DNA of 40,223 nt from positions 64,001 to 104,223 of IMG/VR virus record IMGVR_UViG_3300020201_000012. One strand, written 5' to 3'. Below are positions 17,718 through 26,033 of the stretch, one piece after another (position 1 is the first letter of the stretch; the number at the start of each line of letters is the position of its first letter). A model generated the notes under the pieces. The model made no database searches, had not been told where the DNA came from, and worked only from the letters and a program-made list of their open reading frames with translations. The stretch comes from a virus (lineage: Duplodnaviria > Heunggongvirae > Uroviricota > Caudoviricetes). The position numbers were made by a program, and so were the translations under genes.

Positions 17718-17908
17718 AGCTTGCCCTCCTTAATTAGTTTTATTCCTAATGCTTTCTGAATAGCTTCAAAATACCTCATAGCTTCCTTTAGTTGTAGGTA
17801 GTCTGATGCTTCATAGTTGTATCCGCCATACCACTGCTGATTAGCTGTTCTTAGGATTTCTAGATACTCCACACACGTGTACTCATGTAGTTTAATCTTC
17901 ACTTTCAA
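17714..17908 (-). CDS. hypothetical protein
   Basis: Coupled ORF. Confidence 0.5.
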   Translation of the reverse strand: MKVKIKLHEYTCVEYLEILRTANQQWYGGYNYEASDYLQLKEAMRYFEAIQKALGIKLIKEGKL

Positions 17909-18104
17909 AATCCTCCATCGATATTACTTCCATACCGTAATTGGAATCGCGGTATATATACTCTTTACCCTCGAACGAACCCGTTCCTATCTGTTCTAGG
18001 TCCGTGGCTAGTTTTAAGAGTTTGGCTTTTACTGTTCCTGTTTCTTCGTCTGCTATAGCATAAATATCTGCTAAGGAACTATAGCTTAATGAATAGTTAG
18101 TCAT
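17892..18104 (-). CDS. hypothetical protein
   Basis: GAGG RBS. Confidence 0.5.
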   Translation of the reverse strand: MTNYSLSYSSLADIYAIADEETGTVKAKLLKLATDLEQIGTGSFEGKEYIYRDSNYGMEVISMEDFESED

Positions 18105-18218
18105 TTTCCTCTACCGTTTCTATTATTATGAACTTTGGTAAACTTTCTACGCCTAGCAATGATTCGAACGAGTCTCTAAGCATCCACCCAAAATCACTTG
18201 TGTCTAATACTCTTCTCA

Positions 18219-18680
18219 TTACTTCTCCGTGTGCCAGTTAAGTTCTGCTACATCGTATAGTCTATCCCATACGCCATCGTAGAAGTTCCAACCAGCACCG
18301 TTAACACCAATAACATACTCTCCATCTAGTTCATAGACGTAAACGGAAGTTCTATTACCATCTTTATCTAGGACACAGAGTTCTTCGCTCATTTCGTCAT
18401 CTATGTATTGCTCATAAGTTTCGTAGATGTTTCCTTCTAATTCTCTCTCTATCTTGTTTCTTATTCTGACGTCCTGTATTTCACCAACCGTAGCCACTAG
18501 CTTGCGAGAGTTTTCATAGAACTTAGTTCCGTCAAACTCATTACAAATCCACATAGTACCCCACATAGGGAGGTTTGGTACATATCCGTTAAAAGATTTA
18601 AATAGTCGTCCTGCCCAATCTTGGGGGATGCTATTCATATCTTTTTCTACCCATTTTTTGATTGCATCTTTCTTATTCAT
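18219..18680 (-). CDS. hypothetical phage protein
   Basis: LPMWGTMW and GVNGAGWNFYDGVW motifs; AGGAG RBS. Confidence 0.65.
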   Translation of the reverse strand: MNKKDAIKKWVEKDMNSIPQDWAGRLFKSFNGYVPNLPMWGTMWICNEFDGTKFYENSRKLVATVGEIQDVRIRNKIERELEGNIYETYEQYIDDEMSEELCVLDKDGNRTSVYVYELDGEYVIGVNGAGWNFYDGVWDRLYDVAELNWHTEK

Positions 18681-18939
18681 TTTATCTCCTTAATTAACTT
18701 AAATATTTTATACCCTGAGTAGGCGTTCTTTTCTGCTTCTTCCAGAGTCGAAAAGTAATCTACTTCTATATCTCCGTGTGATGAACAACAGGGTATATAA
18801 ATCACCATATATTCATTCTGTTCCATAATCATTACCTACATCTTTCCATACATAGTCATAGCTAGGACAGTCAGTGGCATCATAACTTTCATCTACTAAC
18901 TCTCCACAATTTACACATAACTTCATGCAGTCTCCTTTT

Positions 18940-18978
18940 TTTAGGGTCTACTGGCAGTTTACGTTCGGAACGCGATTT
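18940..18978 (-). repeat. 39-40 bp dispersed motif, copy E
   Basis: AAATCGCGTTCCGAACGTAAACTGCCAGTAGACCCTAAA; overlaps the 3' end of ORF 18948-19166. Confidence 0.85.
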
Positions 18979-19166
18979 CTCTCTTGTTCTATAATAGGAA
19001 GTAGCCTGTCTACCTCATCGGCATATAGGACAACTAACTTAGAGTCAGCTACACCTTTCCTGTAGTAGTGTTCATAAATAAACACGTTACCGCTTGGCAT
19101 TATTTCCGCGTGTCTAGATAAACCGTTGGTAGTATCTCCTACTTTATGTAGTAAAACATTTTTCAC
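18948..19166 (-). CDS. hypothetical protein
   Basis: GGAGG RBS; C-terminus encoded by motif copy E. Confidence 0.5.
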   Translation of the reverse strand: MKNVLLHKVGDTTNGLSRHAEIMPSGNVFIYEHYYRKGVADSKLVVLYADEVDRLLPIIEQERNRVPNVNCQ

Positions 19167-19217
19167 TATTAACCTCCGTCTGTTTAATTTCTTTTACTGT
19201 CGGGTTACATCCTCTAA

Positions 19218-19526
19218 CTATACCTCTACTACCTCTGATATTTCCGATAATAGCATCGCGCATACTGCTTGCTTGTGCTCATGTCTAGGTGCAAAGGATG
19301 TAGCTAATGCTTTGTAATAGCGTAGTATTCTATTCCTATACTCAAGATCAATACTAGCCTTAAAATTTAAGGAAAGCCCACTAAAAAACTGCTTATTAAA
19401 CATTTTATTGTATGGATTACTATCTTTATCAAAGCCACCGTCCTCGGCTATTTTTAACATATTAGGATCTACGTTTAGGTTTGAGAAGTTTATATCTCTA
19501 TCTCTTAATTCGGGAACATTAATCAT
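19218..19526 (-). CDS. hypothetical phage protein
   Basis: SFAPRHEHKQAVCAMLL motif; AGGAG RBS. Confidence 0.6.
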   Translation of the reverse strand: MINVPELRDRDINFSNLNVDPNMLKIAEDGGFDKDSNPYNKMFNKQFFSGLSLNFKASIDLEYRNRILRYYKALATSFAPRHEHKQAVCAMLLSEISEVVEV

Positions 19527-19834
19527 CGGTTGTCTCCTGTTAGGGTTTTATTTGTCAACCTAGTTCGCACAATAACAACTTTGGAAAAGCCAAGGAATCG
19601 AACGGAAATATTTATTGTTCTCTTGTCTGGCATGCCTTTTCCGTGCTTTATATCAAAATACCTCATAGCTCATAGCCCTCTATTAAGCATTGGATAGCTA
19701 TTAGTTTTGCTAATTTATTGTCTATTTTGCTGTCAGTCATATCATCTCCCGTGAGCGTTAAGTTTATTTATAGTAGTAGGATGCTGCTCACGCTACATCC
19801 TACTACTTACACCTCTGAGAACTCAATCTCAGAT

Positions 19835-19873
19835 TTTGGGGTCCATCGGCAGTTTACGCTCCGAGCGTCATTT
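19835..19873 (-). repeat. 39-40 bp dispersed motif, copy F
   Basis: AAATGACGCTCGGAGCGTAAACTGCCGATGGACCCCAAA. Confidence 0.85.
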
Positions 19874-20045
19874 CGCTTTACCGGAAACTGTAATTTGTTT
19901 ATGAAAGACCCTAATATCCTATGAATTTCATAGGATATATTGGATATTCTAAGCTTTTGTTGGAAAACTTGGGGGCATTACAGGAGTCGAACCCATACAT
20001 AGTGGAACCGCCACTGCCCATCAGTCGGACAGCTACTCATAATAG

Positions 20046-20414
20046 CTATCCATTTAAGAATTGTCTGTAGATCTCATTGGTGTACATTGTCCACGCTTCG
20101 TAACCTACACCCCACTTTTCACGATCTATCCATACTCGATATGCTACTTTTACATTAGTAGCAAGATCATTTGGATCTTCGCCTTCTCTGTAGTGGAGGC
20201 AACCTACTTGCAAGACTCCATACGAGCCCACACAGACTCCGTGGTCTTCACCCATACTTAAGTTATGCACTAAAGGATCACAGCCTCGATTTTCTGCTTG
20301 TGCTATGGCTTGCATAGTATTCACGTCCCAACCTTGGTATTTTGCAATCTCTTGTGCTACTAACTCACATGGACTGAGCTGATCTTTAACTTCGGGAACA
20401 GCAACCCGCTCTAT
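20046..20414 (-). CDS. lytic transglycosylase (SLT/lysozyme-like) domain, probably reached by -1 frameshift
   Basis: CELVAQEIAKYQGWDVNTMQAIAQAEN...SYGVLQV...NVKVAYRVW...AWTMY; the frame is open about 30 codons upstream of the track's GTG. Confidence 0.65.
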   Translation of the reverse strand: MERVAVPEVKDQLSPCELVAQEIAKYQGWDVNTMQAIAQAENRGCDPLVHNLSMGEDHGVCVGSYGVLQVGCLHYREGEDPNDLATNVKVAYRVWIDREKWGVGYEAWTMYTNEIYRQFLNG

Positions 20415-20605
20415 TTTTTTACTTCAGGAACCTCAGTGGGTGTAACTTGGGAGTTAAGAACTACCTTGTTTTCTACTGTTACTGTTGCATTCCGTTGGTA
20501 GTTTACACCACCTAGAAACGCTACGATTCCTGTTGCTAACGTTACTAATAGGACAGTCTTAACCTGTTCTACTACGTTAGTTGTTATTGGTTTATTGAAA
20601 GACAT
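20411..20605 (-). CDS. single-TM membrane anchor protein ending at an A_AAA_AAA slippery site
   Basis: AAGGAG RBS; hydrophobic VLLVTLATGIVAFLGG; ends GTA AAA AAA TAG. Confidence 0.65.
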   Translation of the reverse strand: MSFNKPITTNVVEQVKTVLLVTLATGIVAFLGGVNYQRNATVTVENKVVLNSQVTPTEVPEVKK

Positions 20606-20646
20606 TGTGTCTCCTTTTTATTTAATTTATATTTTGTCTGAAGGAT

Positions 20647-20685
20647 TTTCGGGTCCAGCGGCAGTTTACGCGCTAAAAGCTATTT
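20647..20685 (-). repeat. 39-40 bp dispersed motif, copy G
   Basis: AAATAGCTTTTAGCGCGTAAACTGCCGCTGGACCCGAAA. Confidence 0.8.
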
Positions 20686-20802
20686 TTCTTTTTAGGAAAA
20701 AACTAGCTAGGACATAAACTTGCTGGAAAACCAAAAAAATCGGAACAAACAAACAATCCGCCATTATTGACGGATTGTATAATTTGTTCTCTCCTATAGT
20801 TT

Positions 20803-21153
20803 TTATATGTTTTCTATAACCTCCAAACTAGCCAACAGCATTTCTTCCTCGTCAGCGTCTATATACTCTCCGAGGTCATATTTTTCTATGATCGCATTAT
20901 AGTGCAAGGACTGTTTACTTTTAGCCATACGGATATGGTGAAACACCCACGGAAGCGTTTTGCAAACTGAGATCATCGAACCAACGGGAAGCAATACCAT
21001 ACCGCTACTGCTAAACTTTACAAGTTTCCCGTTTGTTGTGAACTTCTTGGTACACGTTTTTAATTTAATTAAACCGCGTCCGTTTTCTGTATCTATTACG
21101 GAATACATATTATCCCCGAACTTCACAAGTTTGGAGGCTACCGCCGTCCTCAT
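20803..21153 (-). CDS. hypothetical protein
   Basis: 116-aa ORF; start uncertain. Confidence 0.5.
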   Translation of the reverse strand: MRTAVASKLVKFGDNMYSVIDTENGRGLIKLKTCTKKFTTNGKLVKFSSSGMVLLPVGSMISVCKTLPWVFHHIRMAKSKQSLHYNAIIEKYDLGEYIDADEEEMLLASLEVIENI

Positions 21154-21376
21154 AGACTACTACAGTCTTGCAAGGTATAGGCGTTCCGAACATTGCCCAA
21201 TCTATTAGGAAAGGTATAGCCAAACCGATTAGGATACCGAAAAAAATTGGGATCCATCGACAGTTTACGTTCTGGACGCGATTTCCCATTATTTTCCCCC
21301 GAATTTTTGCTCGATCTGGATTACTTATTTCCACACTTCTTTTTCCGTTTGTCAATTTTATATTTTCCGTACGCAT
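21110..21376 (-). CDS. membrane protein containing motif copy H
   Basis: GAAAGGA RBS; TM segment IPIFFGILIGLAIPFLI. Confidence 0.5.
   Translation of the reverse strand: MRTENIKLTNGKRSVEISNPDRAKIRGKIMGNRVQNVNCRWIPIFFGILIGLAIPFLIDWAMFGTPIPCKTVVVYEDGGSLQTCEVRG
21246..21284 (-). repeat. 39-40 bp dispersed motif, copy H (intragenic)
   Basis: AAATCGCGTCCAGAACGTAAACTGTCGATGGATCCCAAT. Confidence 0.75.
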
Positions 21377-21419
21377 AGCATTTTCCTTTCAATTTGTCAA
21401 GTATTTTATGATATAATTT

Positions 21420-21449
21420 TAGGGAAAAGTCAATGTTGACTTTTCCCTA
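21420..21449. other. 14-bp perfect inverted repeat (terminator or operator)
   Basis: TAGGGAAAAGTCAA-TG-TTGACTTTTCCCTA. Confidence 0.7.
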
Positions 21450-21458
21450 TAACTAGTG

Positions 21459-21800
21459 TTATTTTTTAGCTTTAGCGTTTGCAACCATTGCACGTGCCTG
21501 TTCCTCAGAACAACCAAACATTGCAACGGCACTAGCGACTAGTGAATCGGTACTAGCACTTGAGCGTGTAGCTTTAATCTTCTCTGTAGCTTTTACAAGC
21601 AGAACAGCATTGTCGTTTTTGCCCGCATACTCATATACCGTTACTTTTGCTTTTGCGTACTCTGCTCTTATCGTTTCGATGTTTTCCTTATCGTCTTTAC
21701 TTTTGTTTATCTGTAAAGCATAGACTGTCACACCGTCTACGCTAATAGGGAGCACCCATTCACCCATTTTTACAGCTTGTACTGTTGTTTTTGTTGACAT
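21459..21800 (-). CDS. hypothetical protein
   Basis: 113-aa Ala/Lys-rich ORF with an upstream TTGACT-18-TACAAT promoter (21876-21904). Confidence 0.6.
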   Translation of the reverse strand: MSTKTTVQAVKMGEWVLPISVDGVTVYALQINKSKDDKENIETIRAEYAKAKVTVYEYAGKNDNAVLLVKATEKIKATRSSASTDSLVASAVAMFGCSEEQARAMVANAKAKK

Positions 21801-22029
21801 TTTATACTCGTTTCTGTTACATCATTATTAATTGATTAAGTGCATACAGTCGATGTTTTAACTGTATGCATACATTGTAGCATTAGCATTAGCATTTAGT
21901 CAATACGCTTATGGTGTAATAAACGCAACCGTTATGCACAAGTACCAGAACATATAACCAGGGGATTACAAGTCTTGACAGATCTAAAAATAATTGTATA
22001 ATAGACCTGCTGCGGTCTACCCGTAAAAA

Positions 22030-22058
22030 AAAATAACCACTATTGTAGTGGTTATTTT
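22030..22058 (-). terminator. intrinsic terminator after ORF 22075-22329
   Basis: 13-bp inverted repeat followed on the minus strand by a T run. Confidence 0.75.
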
Positions 22059-22074
22059 GCAAGCGTTTGAACGT

Positions 22075-22329
22075 TTACATCTCGAATATAATATTCTGTT
22101 CTCGTGCCGTTAAACTCTGTAGTAGGCTACGACCACGGCCTATAATATCACGGTCTATAACTTGATAGGCTAGTGTTAGCACTTGATTACGCCTAAACTC
22201 TGATGTTTGAGCCGTATTGTGATTGTATTCTGTAGTGTCTATACAATAACCGTTTTTACTGTATATGCTCACAAAATTATTGTGTGTAGTAACTGTTATG
22301 GTGTAACTTCTATATTCTGTAATTGTCAT
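22075..22329 (-). CDS. hypothetical protein
   Basis: GAAGGG RBS; followed by a terminator. Confidence 0.5.
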   Translation of the reverse strand: MTITEYRSYTITVTTHNNFVSIYSKNGYCIDTTEYNHNTAQTSEFRRNQVLTLAYQVIDRDIIGRGRSLLQSLTAREQNIIFEM

Positions 22330-22941
22330 TGTGTACCCTTCTCTGTCTTCTTGAATATTGCCAATACCTCTAATAGAGTATAGCCGTCTGCTACTATTGC
22401 ATATTCAAACCAGAGGTCTAGTGCCTTGCGGTCGTTTACGGTTAGCGTCATTTTGTACCCTTCTTTTAATTTATACTAACAGTATGACTTATAAACATAA
22501 ACATTACAAGCACGAACGGTGTAGAATTTACAGCCATATATATACTGATCTGTCAACATGCACAGCTTGCAAGATCTGTCAAAAGATTTTCTAATAGGTA
22601 TGGTATAATATGTTTTTAGAATTAACAGGGGTCGTATAACATATACTTGACAAAAAATCTACTTGACACTTGACAAAATCTCTGAAACCGTTCATTATAT
22701 TTTCCAAACCTCAGGGGCGCGACCCCCCACAAATTTTTTTTTCAAATATTCGATAAATGACGTTAACCTATCTAAACCGGTTAGTGCTAATTTTGGGATC
22801 CACCGCTAGTTTAATGCACTGGTTTACACTCACTGGTTAATTGTAAGCAAAGCTCTACAACACTTATAATTGTTAGAGTGTGTTCTTTGTACTATACTCT
22901 ATACAGTAAGGGCACAAAGGCACCCGCGGAAACAACGGTAA

Positions 22942-22970
22942 TTGACCTCCAGGCTCTCATCTGCTATAAT
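22942..22970 (+). promoter_or_regulatory. sigma70-type promoter with no downstream ORF
   Basis: TTGACC, 17 nt, TATAAT with an extended TG. Confidence 0.7.
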
Positions 22971-22976
22971 AGTATT

Positions 22977-23249
22977 AGGTACGAAATAGTACCAGCTGCA
23001 GGGTGAGGTTGACCAGACCGAGTTGTACGCAGGATAAAGAGTACATCAAACTGGCTCAACGTTTAGATAATCGGTTAATATCTGAGCTTTACACTACATA
23101 GAACGAAACTGTACCTTAACAAATTATATAGTCTAGAATAAGCAATTTGCTCTTCTACCCATATAAAGAAATAAAAGAATGTTATGTAGGTAATGCTCTG
23201 AATACTAAACCCCTCATGCGCGGCATGTAAGAAATATGGGGTTATTTTT
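22977..23249 (+). ncRNA. candidate structured ncRNA
   Basis: AGGTAC/GTACCT enclosing stem (22977/23111), GTTGACCAG/CTGGCTCAAC stem, AGATA/TATCT hairpin; terminator-like AACCCC..GGGGTT plus T run at 23207-23249. Confidence 0.4.
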
Positions 23250-23416
23250 GGTACCCTAAAATAGCTATATAAGCCTAATGTGTTATAATATATATAAGAG
23301 ACCCCTACCCTACTCAGTCTCGGTACTATTTTGCAATAACACAGGTAGCCGCTTGGCAGTGACCTGTGTTTTTGTTTGCGGAGGTTTTATGGGGGGGTTT
23401 ATGCTATGATAGATAT

Positions 23417-23767
23417 ATGGCAGGTTGGATACACAGACTTAGTAACATTGATGCAGACGGTAAAACAGCAGACTGTCTTAAATGCGGGCGAGTAGATGTA
23501 AAACTTAAGAAAAATAAAGCTCCAAGATGCATTGTTGCACACCGAGAAGAGAAGAAAAAATACTCAGTTTACAAATACAGAGATCGTCACCCCGGGCGAC
23601 CAGACATGTGTGATGTTTGTGGTTCAGCCGAAAGAATATGCTGGGATCATGATCACCAGACTGGGGTACATCGCGGATGGCTATGCAATAAGTGTAATAG
23701 TGCGTTAGGTTTTGTGGGTGACAACGTAGAGACACTTGAAAAGCTCATAAAATATTTAAAACGATAG
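23417..23767 (+). CDS. endonuclease VII-like (His-Me finger) nuclease
   Basis: CDVCG...ICWDHDHQTGVHRGWLCNKCNSALG; ATG 6 nt after TGCTATGAT. Confidence 0.85.
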   Translation: MAGWIHRLSNIDADGKTADCLKCGRVDVKLKKNKAPRCIVAHREEKKKYSVYKYRDRHPGRPDMCDVCGSAERICWDHDHQTGVHRGWLCNKCNSALGFVGDNVETLEKLIKYLKR

Positions 23768-23934
23768 GGCTATGAAGGGGTTTTTTGTTTATAAAGATAA
23801 TTACGTTAAGAGGGCACTGATATACCCCCAAAATTTTTTTTACCAGAATTCGCTTGACAATTAATTTTTATGGCGTATAATTAAGGTATGAATCAATTCA
23901 CTAGAGAACAAGAACTAACTAGAGGGGGTACAAA

Positions 23935-24207
23935 ATGATGAAGGTACGGGTAAAGATTAAAGAATATAAAGACACTCAGATGGGCATAGAAGAGGCTTCG
24001 TCTTGGAATATAGGAACTGTTGTAGGGGAGTCTGACGCTATGAGGTCGAAAGCCAACCCAACCTTTAACGACACAATACTAGGTGCCGCGAGCTATCTTG
24101 ATAAAAGATTTCTGGTTAAGCTTGAAGACGGTAAGGTGATCGAGGTATGGGACGACGAGACATATGAACTTCTACCCGAAGATATGAATAAGAAAGGCTC
24201 AAAATGA
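23935..24207 (+). CDS. hypothetical protein
   Basis: GAGGGGG RBS downstream of a TTGACA/TATAAT promoter (23854-23881). Confidence 0.55.
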   Translation: MMKVRVKIKEYKDTQMGIEEASSWNIGTVVGESDAMRSKANPTFNDTILGAASYLDKRFLVKLEDGKVIEVWDDETYELLPEDMNKKGSK

Positions 24208-24563
24208 AAGTAATAAAGTCAGAAGATAATTTATTAGAGTTTGATAATGGGCTAAAGGTTTAGGTAATGAGTAAAATATACACAGTATGGGTTGATTACG
24301 GTTTAGAAGGTTGGCAACCTAATGACTTTGAAACCGAAGAACAATGTATTGAGTTTATACTTAGTGGACAGCCTTTTGTCAGTAAGTTAAGAATTACAGA
24401 GCAAAAGACTATAACAATAGTCGAAAGAGACCTATGACCACCCAACACTCCATACAAATCCGCCTAAGTAGCGAGGGGGAAGCAAAATGAGTGACGAATT
24501 GACAAAAAGTCTAGCAGTAATAGCCTGGGGTCTAATGTGGTATATCGCAGGAAGACTAAGTAA

Positions 24564-24818
24564 ATGACCCCACCCAAAACCAGTCAATCATGTGCGCGAC
24601 AGTTAATAAAAAGCGATCTCAAGGAAGCAATCCAAGTAATGGATAGTGCAGCGTACAAACAAAGATCAAGCTGTATAAAGGCACACGGACTAAATCGAGA
24701 AACCCCGCCCAAATCTAGTCTATTGTGTATACATTGTACTAACCAAAGTAAATACGAGTACTTAGGGATGAAGTTATGTTATCCCCACTACTTGTCGGAG
24801 GAACGAGCAAATGATTAG
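24564..24818 (+). CDS. hypothetical Cys/His-rich protein
   Basis: Coupled ORF; CIHC...LCYPH. Confidence 0.45.
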   Translation: MTPPKTSQSCARQLIKSDLKEAIQVMDSAAYKQRSSCIKAHGLNRETPPKSSLLCIHCTNQSKYEYLGMKLCYPHYLSEERAND

Positions 24819-25032
24819 ACAAATGTACAATAAGTTTCGGCTAAGTATGGTGCTTGATGACATTGAAAGACTAGAACATCAGAAACATTTTCTGTCAGTG
24901 TTTTTCTGTGGCGAAATTACCTACCCAATAAAATTAAAGCGATGGGAACGAGACTACGCAAAGGCAAAAGCAAAACTAAAGCTATTAAATACCGCCCAAA
25001 CCAATCTAACGGAGGAGAGGGTAAATGAGTAG
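24811..25032 (+). CDS. hypothetical protein
   Basis: GGAGG RBS, coupled. Confidence 0.5.
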   Translation: MIRQMYNKFRLSMVLDDIERLEHQKHFLSVFFCGEITYPIKLKRWERDYAKAKAKLKLLNTAQTNLTEERVNE

Positions 25033-25261
25033 CCAGAAAATAACTTGCCCTAATTGTGAGCATCAGTTTGCTTGGGGTGACGCAGCAATTAGTGAACAGC
25101 AGAAGGCTATACTGATTCTTAATGCACACGGACACTCCATAAGAGGTATCGGGCGTATGATGAATCTCGCCCCTGAAAGTGTGAGATACCGTATTAAAGA
25201 AGCAAATCGTTGTAAGTTTGTAGCATCCAAAGTGAAGGAGAAAGATGGCTCAGATGAGTAA
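25025..25261 (+). CDS. Zn-ribbon plus helix-turn-helix DNA-binding protein
   Basis: CPNC; HGHSIRGIGRMMNLAPESVRYRIK HTH pattern. Confidence 0.6.
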   Translation: MSSQKITCPNCEHQFAWGDAAISEQQKAILILNAHGHSIRGIGRMMNLAPESVRYRIKEANRCKFVASKVKEKDGSDE

Positions 25262-25475
25262 AATAAATAGGTTTATAGATATGACTTATTGGCGATTCAA
25301 AAGATGGCTCAGGGTTTGTGCTGAGTGTGGTAAGAAAACCACCCCAAAATTAGGTAGAGTAAACTTCTCATTTAGTTTTGAGAAACCCAAAAGATATTGG
25401 CATTATAGTTGTCAGGTACTTGAAAGAAAAAGAAGAACGAATCATGACCGCCCAAACCAATCTAACAGTAAATAA
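25245..25475 (+). CDS. hypothetical Zn-finger-like protein
   Basis: CAECGK...WHYSC. Confidence 0.45.
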   Translation: MAQMSKINRFIDMTYWRFKRWLRVCAECGKKTTPKLGRVNFSFSFEKPKRYWHYSCQVLERKRRTNHDRPNQSNSK

Positions 25476-25485
25476 GGAGTAAGGT

Positions 25486-25677
25486 ATGAGTAATACATTA
25501 GATGAAGCAATAAAAATAATGAAAACACCTGAGAAAGTTTACTGTCCTGAGTGCCAAGAGAACCTGCTTGCCCCTATGGACAGGCTATCAATAGCTCTAT
25601 ACGGAAAATGCACAACCCACGACCTAGAGGAACACCAAGAAAATAATCTATTCACAATAATTGAAGGTGTATTATGA
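25486..25677 (+). CDS. hypothetical Zn-ribbon protein
   Basis: AAGGAG RBS; CPEC. Confidence 0.55.
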   Translation: MSNTLDEAIKIMKTPEKVYCPECQENLLAPMDRLSIALYGKCTTHDLEEHQENNLFTIIEGVL

Positions 25678-26033
25678 CCCCCAAACCCCAAGATAATAAG
25701 ACTATAGAGGAGATATTTGACAATTACAGAGAATCAATAGTGAACGGACTAAAGAAGGGCTTGCCCTACCCTGACGTAGCCGTAGATGCTGAAAACATCG
25801 CCAAAAAACAATCTCAAGCCCTCATAACAAAAGCTCACGAAGACGAGTTGAAGTGTGTGAGAGCTGGTGGGCATGATGATGTCGGGTTATTGGCAGAAGC
25901 AAGAATAGACGAGCTGATTAAAGCGTTCACACAAGTTGTTGGTGACGAGACAGTCTCGTTAAGGTCTAAATTTGTTAAGCGTTTTACCAAGTACCTAAAA
26001 GCCAGATATAAGCAACTTAAGGAGAATCTATGA
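25674..26033 (+). CDS. MTPKPQ-module hypothetical protein
   Basis: Starts MTPKPQDNKT. Confidence 0.6.
   Translation: MTPKPQDNKTIEEIFDNYRESIVNGLKKGLPYPDVAVDAENIAKKQSQALITKAHEDELKCVRAGGHDDVGLLAEARIDELIKAFTQVVGDETVSLRSKFVKRFTKYLKARYKQLKENL

Noticed and set aside
18125-18215. T-loop-like GTTCGAATC on the minus strand
   Set aside because: No flanking stems; explained by a 40-aa coupled ORF (MRRVLDTSDFGW...)
19582-19645. tRNA remnant GGAAAAG...GTTCGATTCC...CTTTTCCA on the minus strand
   Set aside because: The T stem does not pair, it is only about 61 nt, and it lies within a plausible 47-aa ORF coupled to the next gene
10321-21284. 39-bp motif as integron attC sites or tmRNA resume signals
   Set aside because: No RYYYAAC/GTTRRRY inverted ends, no integrase in the window, and no tmRNA tRNA-like domain; the TAACTGC similarity is too short
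23100-23140. Group I intron core or hammerhead ribozyme near the endonuclease VII gene
   Set aside because: The TATAGTC P7-like strand is too close to its partner to fit P3/P8, no interrupted gene is present, and the CUGANGA core is absent
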